64,000 nt of DNA, taken from sequence record MT799840.1. The stretch is one strand, 5' to 3'. The position numbers and the translations under genes are program-made. The notes below the pieces were generated by a model, which was given only the letters and a program-made list of their open reading frames with translations, made no database searches and was not told the DNA's origin. Of this stretch, positions 57,079 to 64,000 are shown piece by piece; within the stretch, counting starts at the first letter, position 1, and every line of letters begins with the position of its first letter.

Positions 57079-57997
57079 ATTCGACCACCGCGTAAGCGTC
57101 GCGCAGGAATCTTACGGTGCGCGTAAGCGCCGCCAGGTTGCTCGTGAAAGCCTGTGGGACGACATCAAAGCGTTCCTGCAGCGCATCTACGACTGGCTGA
57201 AAGAACAAGGCCGTAAGGTTAAAGACCGTTGGCTGAAGTTCAGCAACCAGGGTAAATCCATTCAGGCGCGTGCTAAGAAATATGACGCTGCTCTGCGTGG
57301 CCTGGGCAAGCAGAAGAAAGACACCGTTAGCGGTGGGTTCATTAAGAACCTGACCACCGGTGGTAAGTTCGTCGGTGACGACATCAACACCCTGAAAGGC
57401 GTTATGTCTTCTATCGGCAGCATTTACGCTGAGCAGGATGCAGTTGTTGCAGCCGCTACCGCTATGGTTGGCGCAGTTGAAGGCGGCAAACTGGGCTCTG
57501 GCTTTGCAGCAGCGGTTAACAAAGCAACCGCAGGTAAAGCGGGCGAAGTTCAGCTGCTGGGCAACCAGATCGGTAAAGCCGAAGTGAAAGTGAATGGGGA
57601 TGACCTGGAAGCTTCCTTCACTGTTATCGACGCCGAAGGTAGCGTAGAGCAGTCTGTTTCTACTCCGTCTGCTCAGACTCTGTCTTCCCTGGTTGCGTTC
57701 TTCAACCAGCTGGGTAAAGCAGTCGAAGAGAACGTGAAAGCATACCACAAAAATAACCAGGCTCAAGAGCGTTACGAGCAGGCTATTGAGAAACTGCTGA
57801 AACGTATCGACGGCGTGAAGATCGACGATAACGCTGAACTGACTTCCAACGTCCGTGTTGCACGTCGTGCAATCACCGTTGCGAACCAGTACATCTCCTG
57901 GACCGAACGTTGCGTTGCAACTGGCCAGAAAAACCTGATCGCCGGCGTTAACGGCTACATCAGCGCTGGTATCGGTGCGTATGAAAAGTCTAAGTAA
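56738..57997 (+). CDS. Abundant head protein, paralog 2 (SPN3US gp54-like)
   Basis: Same MANFVKSKLARES start and GIGAYEKSK end as paralog 1. Confidence 0.8.
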   Translation: MANFVKSKLARESVEGTGTVVPDGIELPAESVEGTLADIEHDTKPIDQLDAEADVLAEDGDETDAQLEAVDAAEAAADGEGEDGEEPMEVEEDMPDDAAEQLDVAQESIRKRWAFDHRVSVAQESYGARKRRQVARESLWDDIKAFLQRIYDWLKEQGRKVKDRWLKFSNQGKSIQARAKKYDAALRGLGKQKKDTVSGGFIKNLTTGGKFVGDDINTLKGVMSSIGSIYAEQDAVVAAATAMVGAVEGGKLGSGFAAAVNKATAGKAGEVQLLGNQIGKAEVKVNGDDLEASFTVIDAEGSVEQSVSTPSAQTLSSLVAFFNQLGKAVEENVKAYHKNNQAQERYEQAIEKLLKRIDGVKIDDNAELTSNVRVARRAITVANQYISWTERCVATGQKNLIAGVNGYISAGIGAYEKSK

Positions 57998-58008
57998 TTA
58001 GACTGGCG

Positions 58009-58048
58009 AATCCCCCACTTCGGTGGGGGATTTACCCTTTCTTTTTTT
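58009..58048 (+). terminator. Rho-independent terminator
   Basis: AATCCCCCAC-TTCG-GTGGGGGATT + T-tract. Confidence 0.85.
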
Positions 58049-58069
58049 GTCTCGGATTAGAAAAGATTT

Positions 58070-58085
58070 CAGATATATATTACCT
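58070..58085 (+). promoter_or_regulatory. Putative early promoter
   Basis: CAGATATATATTACCT; contains the phiKZ-type TATATTAC core. Confidence 0.7.
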
Positions 58086-58133
58086 AGGTGAGATTGCATT
58101 GGTAATCTTTTAACCGACTATCACTTAAGGAAT

Positions 58134-58895
58134 ATGAAAATGAAAACTATCAATCTGCTCACTCTGGCTAATGGCTCTATCGAACGTAACGAAGACGACG
58201 GTGCTATCCTGCAAGCAACCAACGGCTTTAAAATTATACTGTCCCCAATTCAATTCACAGGCTTACAAGTCTGGCTGCGCGAAATCAACAAACGCAAACT
58301 GCCGCGTCGTATGGCGGTTGGCGACCTGCTCTTTACACTGGATAACGTTGACGGTGTTAAACCGGAACTGTACGAAGTTCAGTACAAAGCCGCAGTCGAT
58401 ACACTGCGACTGAAGAAAGGGGAAGAAATCAAATTCATTCCGGTGACCTATAATGGTAACACTTACCTGCAGATGGAAGACACCCCGTTCGCTGTGCACG
58501 TCACTGACACTGTTGTTGAACTGGTCATTGCCATTGGTCTGGTTGCGACTCCGGCGGTACTGGAAGTCAGCGAAGATCCACTGCAGGATTTCGGTACGCT
58601 GTTCGAAACCGTGCTGGGTGGCATGAAGCTCGGGAACATCACCAAGGTCATCCGCCGTATTCCGATTCGGAATGCGCAGCCGAAAGTGATGACGCTGGCA
58701 GAAAGCATGACGGAACACCCGGAGCTGACTGCTGAAGAAATTCAGGCGCAAGAAGTCGCAGCTGAAGAAGAACGTCAGAACGCCCAGCGTGAAGCCATGA
58801 AGCCGTTCCGTGGTTTCCTGGATGCTATCTTCGACTGTGCGAACTCGCTGATGAAACCGGTTGAAGTGAAAACCGCTGAAGAACCAGCAGCGTAA
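58134..58895 (+). CDS. Hypothetical protein (early)
   Basis: 253 aa, AAGGA RBS, strong codon bias. Confidence 0.8.
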   Translation: MKMKTINLLTLANGSIERNEDDGAILQATNGFKIILSPIQFTGLQVWLREINKRKLPRRMAVGDLLFTLDNVDGVKPELYEVQYKAAVDTLRLKKGEEIKFIPVTYNGNTYLQMEDTPFAVHVTDTVVELVIAIGLVATPAVLEVSEDPLQDFGTLFETVLGGMKLGNITKVIRRIPIRNAQPKVMTLAESMTEHPELTAEEIQAQEVAAEEERQNAQREAMKPFRGFLDAIFDCANSLMKPVEVKTAEEPAA

Positions 58896-58952
58896 ATATT
58901 ACGTTAGCCCGAAACCGTATGTAATCGACCATTAATCTTAAGGAGTATTATC

Positions 58953-59522
58953 GTGAAACGTATCAACCTGCTGAATGTTAAAGAAGTAAAGTGCCAAGCA
59001 TCCTCTCCGCTGTGGGCACCCATCAGTACACTCATCACCTCTACCGACATGGTGACGGTACCGCGTCCAGTTATGATAGGCTTGGCGGTATTCGTCCTTT
59101 GTGCTGACAAACATGTGGCTAAGAAGAAGTCACTGGTCTACGGTAATTGCGAGTTCTACATCAACGCAGAATTTAACAAGAACGATCACCCGCAGTTGGA
59201 AGGGTTGTGGAAGTACCTGCTTGATGCAGGACTGGAACCGATGAGTAAGGTTTGTAGCCACGATTATACCAAAGTGGAGCACTTCGCCCGTCGGAAGAAT
59301 GAACGCTTACCGATGGAAATCGAAGGGTTCCAATCGAAGGTGGTGGTCGACCCTGGCGCGATTGGTGAACTGAAATCCTCTTTGTGGATACGTCAGACAT
59401 TGGTGCGTGAAGACCTTATGTTTATTGCAGAGAACAATCCTGCGGGCGATGTAGTGAATCTGAATGCGCCTAACTGGGTAATGCCGACTGAAAGCGTTCC
59501 TGGCAAGCGCATGGTGATTTGA
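58953..59522 (+). CDS. Hypothetical protein
   Basis: 189 aa, AAGGAG RBS, GTG start. Confidence 0.75.
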   Translation: MKRINLLNVKEVKCQASSPLWAPISTLITSTDMVTVPRPVMIGLAVFVLCADKHVAKKKSLVYGNCEFYINAEFNKNDHPQLEGLWKYLLDAGLEPMSKVCSHDYTKVEHFARRKNERLPMEIEGFQSKVVVDPGAIGELKSSLWIRQTLVREDLMFIAENNPAGDVVNLNAPNWVMPTESVPGKRMVI

Positions 59523-59529
59523 AATAAAT

Positions 59530-59558
59530 AGGTAGCCTCCGGGCTACCTTTATTTTTT
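59530..59558 (+). terminator. Rho-independent terminator
   Basis: AGGTAGCC-TCCG-GGCTACCT + T-tract. Confidence 0.8.
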
Positions 59559-59568
59559 GGAGAGGGTT

Positions 59569-59949
59569 ATGCCTGAAGAATTAAAGTTCCAGTTTAAAAT
59601 GGAAGCGGCTGTTTCTGTACAACCGATTCTACGTATTAAAACCGCTGCCGGTGCTGAACACACGCTTGCTGTGGTGGAGGAAGACATTGCGGGTGCGCTG
59701 CTGCAGCTTGGTGACCGTGAGTACCTCGGTCCTATCACCATGCGTTTACGTCAACCCGTTTTCGGTCAAGGCAAAATCTCTTCCTGGCGGATGGATTCAC
59801 TCCTTCTCGAAGCTGAACCACGAACGGTGTCACTGATGTTTATCGGTGAAGAACCACTGACAATTACGCTGGACCGGCAGAAGCTATGCCGTTACTTGCG
59901 TGAAACCATGAAAGAGATTGCACGAATTAAAGAGAAGGGAATTAAATGA
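59569..59949 (+). CDS. Hypothetical protein
   Basis: Start at MPEELKF (GGAGAGG RBS). Confidence 0.75.
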   Translation: MPEELKFQFKMEAAVSVQPILRIKTAAGAEHTLAVVEEDIAGALLQLGDREYLGPITMRLRQPVFGQGKISSWRMDSLLLEAEPRTVSLMFIGEEPLTITLDRQKLCRYLRETMKEIARIKEKGIK

Positions 59950-60467
59950 TATCTTCAGTGTTGACAGGTGTGCGATTAGCATACGCGGGCCGTTATCCTG
60001 GCCGTGCCCTTGAGATGATCAATAGGCTGGGGTACGTAAAAGAAGAACACGGTAACGGGGAGTGGACAAGGACCACGATGGATGACACCGGAATCTGCTT
60101 CGGCATCGCAATGATGGTTAAAGATGTTTTGAAGAATAACTTTAACACCCCGTGTGAAATTGTCTATATTTATCGTCGATATAACGCGGAAGAAGGAGAT
60201 GGTTTCGAGGACATTCTTGTCCACGCCGTGTTGTGGTACGATGGTAAGTTTTACGACAGTGATGATTTTACTGGCGTCAATAAGTTTGAGGACCTTTCCT
60301 ATATTCGTGGGTTTGAAGGGTTGGGAGCGCGGATGCACTATCCATCCTATCCTGAGAGAGGGGACACCGGCTCCCGTGATACGATACCTAACAAAATCAC
60401 TCCAGAGCTACATGAGATTATCGAAAAAACAATAGGCTTTAGAATACCCAGAAGGAATGTATTTTGA
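59946..60467 (+). CDS. Hypothetical protein with papain/transglutaminase-like Cys-His-Asp signature
   Basis: GICFGIA ... LVHAVLWYDGKFYD. Confidence 0.6.
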   Translation: MISSVLTGVRLAYAGRYPGRALEMINRLGYVKEEHGNGEWTRTTMDDTGICFGIAMMVKDVLKNNFNTPCEIVYIYRRYNAEEGDGFEDILVHAVLWYDGKFYDSDDFTGVNKFEDLSYIRGFEGLGARMHYPSYPERGDTGSRDTIPNKITPELHEIIEKTIGFRIPRRNVF

Positions 60468-61015
60468 AACTCTCTATCATCGTCGCGATGGACCGTAACA
60501 ATGCCATCGGTAAGGATAACATGCTCCCGTGGCGTTTACCCGCCGACCTGGCCAACTTTAAGGCAATCACCACGGGGAAGAATGTTATCATGGGCAGTAA
60601 GACCTGGGAATCGTTAGGCTGTCGTCCTTTGCCTAATCGCGGTAACTTAATTGTTACTCGTAACCCAGAAGGGTATATCAGTGGCCGGGAAGAACACACG
60701 GACATGCGTCTGGTGACGTACCACACGAGTATTGATTTAGCCATCGAAGCTCTGGAACGTATCGAGAAAGATACCGGAAAAGAGCAAGAGGTGATGATTA
60801 TTGGTGGCGCATCAGTTTATCAACAAACCCTCGCTCGTGCGGATCGTATTTATCTATCGCGTATTGACATTGGTGTTGAAGGTGCAGATGCTTTCTTCCC
60901 AGAAATCGACAGAGATGTTTTTCAAGTCGACTACACCATGACCCATTTACCCGACGGCCAGAAACACACGCACCGTTGGACGTATCAAATTTTAAATCGT
61001 ATCGCTGGAGTTTAA
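60464..61015 (+). CDS. folA: Dihydrofolate reductase
   Basis: IIVAMDRNNAIGKDNMLPWRLPADLANFK, VIMGSKTWESL, PLPNR, IIGGASVY and DAFFP. Confidence 0.95.
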   Translation: MKLSIIVAMDRNNAIGKDNMLPWRLPADLANFKAITTGKNVIMGSKTWESLGCRPLPNRGNLIVTRNPEGYISGREEHTDMRLVTYHTSIDLAIEALERIEKDTGKEQEVMIIGGASVYQQTLARADRIYLSRIDIGVEGADAFFPEIDRDVFQVDYTMTHLPDGQKHTHRWTYQILNRIAGV

Positions 61016-61016
61016 A

Positions 61017-61346
61017 GTGGAAAAGAAATCTGTTAAGGGTTACGTGATGGAAGTAACCCCAAAAGCGGCTGAACTGGCGAGAGAATATACCGGATGTATC
61101 GTGCCACTGACCTCAATCGTGGTGTGTGAGGGTTCCTTCTATCTCATCTTCGGCAGTAATGAGCCGGTCTATGCGTACATCGATGACCCTGATCGGGTTA
61201 CAGCCCTCTCTATTGCGATGGGTAAAATGGTATCAGACAAGATGATTGAATTCGTTGTCGGGAAAACGATGGACATTATCCGCAATCCGGTTGGACACAG
61301 CGGAATAAAATGTAAGAAGTGGCAGCTAGCTTGGCTGGCACACTAA
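61017..61346 (+). CDS. Hypothetical protein
   Basis: 109 aa, GGAG RBS, GTG start. Confidence 0.7.
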   Translation: MEKKSVKGYVMEVTPKAAELAREYTGCIVPLTSIVVCEGSFYLIFGSNEPVYAYIDDPDRVTALSIAMGKMVSDKMIEFVVGKTMDIIRNPVGHSGIKCKKWQLAWLAH

Positions 61347-61373
61347 ACGGTTATCTTCTTAAGGAGTATTAAA

Positions 61374-61964
61374 ATGCTTAGTGAACGTGCGCCCCGTTTA
61401 GAAGCGGCGGTATTGAAAATTGAACGTGTGAATATCAAATTGTTATCGAACGATGTTGGTCGGGCATCGTACAGTGACTTATGGAGTATCCCCGCACCAC
61501 CGCGTACGTTGGTGGTGAACTGGTTAACGAATCGTTTGGGCTCATGCGATGTTAAAGCCAAGGATGTCGTACTAACGCTACCTGACGGCAAAACAACTAC
61601 CGGCGATGTGTTGATTGCCAGTGGTTCTAAATTGCGTATGGGTGATATTCGTTTGGGTGAGTCCTATCGTCCGGACGGTATGCGACCTATGCCGATTGGC
61701 GAGGTAGAAAACCGAATTCTGGAAAAAGAAAGAGTGCTGGCGTTCATACGCCGCCCGCCGGATAGCACGGTGTCGTTTAAGCAACGTAAACCGGCTGCAG
61801 ACAACACACCCGTTGTCGAGTGGCTCGAAAAGTATTTTGGCGAATATGGCATCAGTCCTGATGAGGTCATTCTCATCAACGGCCACGCCATGATGCCGTT
61901 TAAGCCCAGCCCGTATTACACGATGGGACAACTGCGCGCTTCCTTCAAAGGGAAAGCACGCTAA
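61374..61964 (+). CDS. Hypothetical protein
   Basis: 196 aa, AAGGAG RBS. Confidence 0.75.
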   Translation: MLSERAPRLEAAVLKIERVNIKLLSNDVGRASYSDLWSIPAPPRTLVVNWLTNRLGSCDVKAKDVVLTLPDGKTTTGDVLIASGSKLRMGDIRLGESYRPDGMRPMPIGEVENRILEKERVLAFIRRPPDSTVSFKQRKPAADNTPVVEWLEKYFGEYGISPDEVILINGHAMMPFKPSPYYTMGQLRASFKGKAR

Positions 61965-61970
61965 AGTGTG

Positions 61971-61999
61971 GGGGACTTCGGTCCCCTTTCTTTTTTTTT
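61971..61999 (+). terminator. Rho-independent terminator
   Basis: GGGGAC-TTCG-GTCCCC + T-tract. Confidence 0.85.
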
Positions 62000-62040
62000 G
62001 CGTTTTAGGCCAGTGATATGACTACAACGAGGGACAGCTA

Positions 62041-63543
62041 ATGCAACAGTATTTTGAAATTCCATCGTTGGACAAGACCATGCGCAAAGCTGTGGTCGAC
62101 GGCGTCGTAGAACGTGTGCTAAACGAATCTGGTATTGAACGTGCCAGTGTTGTTTTCACGGATAGCTTCAACACCGCCCATCAGCCAGGCTCTACGCTCG
62201 GCGATGAGACACCGGTGGACTATTCAGCACCGAACCGTGTCTACGTCGAAGTGGAAGAAGAACGTGATGAACGCGCACGCATTAACCGTCAAGTTGGGTT
62301 AGCGGCAGAGATTCCATTCTTCCATAACCCCGAAGACCAAGTACGCGCCGCTCCTGTCCGCGTAATGTATAACGTGACTATCACGCTCCGGCGTGTCGGC
62401 CCATCACGCGACGAATTGTTACGTTGGGCGAACCGCCTGGATTCACTTATCGACATGGGTCGCTATTCAACCATGACGGAATCCGAAGCGTACTACTTGA
62501 TTCCAAAACCTGCGCTTAAGCTATTGAACGAATGCTATATCGCCGCAGGGACCCGTGTGCCGAAATACGATGACTTTAAAGATTATCTAAAGGCGCACTT
62601 CACACCCGACGTTTTCACCACAGGTAATGTTGCCGGTGGTCAGAATGTCTTAGCGGTACGCTACGCACCAACCCGTATCGAGACGGTTTACGATGTTATC
62701 TCTCCTACCTGGGATAACGACGAAAACCATTACGAGACCAGCTTCGTTATACGCTTCTCATATCAGCGACCCGAAGAGGTGGTGATTACCTACCCGTACA
62801 TCATCAACCAGACACCGTTGCCTGATGAATGGTGGCCTGAGATAGACCCACCGTTTGTGAGTAATGAAGAGGGCGTGCAACGTCACCAACAGCAAAAGAA
62901 CCTTGACGGCACTTGGTGGATTAATGAATCTCGCCAGTTCTTACGCCTACCGTATCTGCTGTCACCGACAGAACAGTTCGAACGTACACACTCGCCGCTA
63001 AAAGCAAAGCTTCTGCATGTGTTCGGCACCGATGTAGCCTTCGGTGAAGAAAACATGATCGACCCTGAGGTTTGTAGTATCGATGATTTACCGTATGTCT
63101 GGAATGCCGACGTGGTTCCTTATATCGAACACTGTCGCACGATAGACCCGACAGGTCAGACTGGCATTATCCGTATGGAATTGTTCGAGAATGGTCAAAT
63201 CATTGAACCACGTTTCTACCATTGGGAAAACGGCGTCTTCTCGCTACGTAACCGTGAAGTTCATGTCGAGAAAGCGTACTACTTAACAGAGTCGGCAATA
63301 CACGACTGGCGTAATCTGGACTTATGGCCACTGCATCTTTATCCAAAAGCGGCAAAAGTGCTTATTGAGTGGTTATTCCCAGATTGGGATTGCCCGGATT
63401 GGTGGTGGGATAAACCTGTGTTACCACCAAGTGTGATTGATGAAATCACGAAGTTCTATCGCCGTGTCCTGTTGACGCAATTTAATACCACGATTATAGC
63501 CATCAGAGGAGCCGATAATGCTCAAGGCGAACAAGAGGGGTGA
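62041..63543 (+). CDS. Virion structural protein, possibly tail-completion/neck (T4 gp15-like)
   Basis: 500 aa. VMYNVTITLRRVGPSRDELLRWANRL resembles the gp15-type block. TATG upstream. Confidence 0.6.
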   Translation: MQQYFEIPSLDKTMRKAVVDGVVERVLNESGIERASVVFTDSFNTAHQPGSTLGDETPVDYSAPNRVYVEVEEERDERARINRQVGLAAEIPFFHNPEDQVRAAPVRVMYNVTITLRRVGPSRDELLRWANRLDSLIDMGRYSTMTESEAYYLIPKPALKLLNECYIAAGTRVPKYDDFKDYLKAHFTPDVFTTGNVAGGQNVLAVRYAPTRIETVYDVISPTWDNDENHYETSFVIRFSYQRPEEVVITYPYIINQTPLPDEWWPEIDPPFVSNEEGVQRHQQQKNLDGTWWINESRQFLRLPYLLSPTEQFERTHSPLKAKLLHVFGTDVAFGEENMIDPEVCSIDDLPYVWNADVVPYIEHCRTIDPTGQTGIIRMELFENGQIIEPRFYHWENGVFSLRNREVHVEKAYYLTESAIHDWRNLDLWPLHLYPKAAKVLIEWLFPDWDCPDWWWDKPVLPPSVIDEITKFYRRVLLTQFNTTIIAIRGADNAQGEQEG

Positions 63544-64000
63544 TACTAAATTCGTTCCTGTTGAACCTGAGATTCCGATTATCAATAAACCGCAGGACGG
63601 GGTAAAAGAAGCCAGCAACTTGGTAACGATTCCAACCCGCACCACGGTAACGGACTTCGACAGGATTCCGAAACAGTATCTCCTGCAATACAACGAAGGT
63701 TCTGAATGGCCGGTTGATTTTTATCACGCGTTGTCGGGTCGCAACGATCCGAAGACGATGTTCGATACTCAGAATGACAGCCCTACGCAACAGCTGCTTA
63801 AGATTGTTAATTTGTCGCTGCGTGTTAATGCGCCGCTTGACCGTACGCAGGACGAGCAACGTAAGACTTTCGAACTGACCGGGACGTCGACCCTGGTAGC
63901 ATCGATTACACCGAACGAAGGCGACTTCTTCGTTGCCCCAATAGGTGATCATCGACACGGTCTGTTTAACATCACCGCCGTTACCCGAATGTCGAACAAC
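63518..64000 (+). CDS. Virion protein, 3'-truncated by the window (possibly T4 gp14-like neck protein)
   Basis: Not in the ORF track. AGAGGA RBS, ATG 63518, open to the window end. Contains TPNEGDFFVAPIGD..GLFNITAV. Confidence 0.7.
   Translation, partial: MLKANKRGDTKFVPVEPEIPIINKPQDGVKEASNLVTIPTRTTVTDFDRIPKQYLLQYNEGSEWPVDFYHALSGRNDPKTMFDTQNDSPTQQLLKIVNLSLRVNAPLDRTQDEQRKTFELTGTSTLVASITPNEGDFFVAPIGDHRHGLFNITAVTRMSNN

Noticed and set aside
55359-57766. Antisense ORFs opposite the paralogous head genes (178 aa, 356 aa)
   Set aside because: They are the same codon-bias shadow effect.
1-64000. CRISPR array, reverse transcriptase/retron, tmRNA, integrase or transposase
   Set aside because: I saw no regularly spaced repeats, no YxDD RT motif in a suitable ORF, no tmRNA termini and no recombinase motifs by eye.

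Overview
This is a 64-kb segment of a nucleus-forming, phiKZ-related jumbo phage (Chimalliviridae). Gene order and host-like codon bias fit an enterobacterial SPN3US/Erwinia-jumbo-type phage; I judged this from recalled synteny and motifs, not from a database search. The left 3.8 kb is mostly non-coding: it holds tRNA-Trp, two degenerate tRNA-like elements and three blocks dense in predicted RNA stems. The conserved core follows: split family-B DNA polymerase, chimallin (ChmA), four non-virion RNAP subunits including a sigma-like factor, SbcD-like nuclease, ChmC-like and PicA-like proteins, an SF2 helicase, a virion RNAP subunit, head, baseplate and neck proteins, and DHFR. Main signals: (1) an ORF-less 356-nt group I intron (19446-19801) that splits the RNAP catalytic motif; splicing restores NGDFDGD. 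(2) A class 3 (Ala-start, WCT) LAGLIDADG intein in the helicase Walker A motif. (3) A candidate programmed -1 frameshift (T TTT TTC at 39726-39732) that would fuse a Zn-finger chaperone-like ORF to the next ORF, resembling the G/GT tail-chaperone arrangement. (4) Large unexplained structured-RNA candidates flanking the tRNA-like elements. (5) An eight-copy AGATATTAYCT-type early promoter motif. No CRISPR array, reverse transcriptase or tubulin (PhuZ) was seen in this window.
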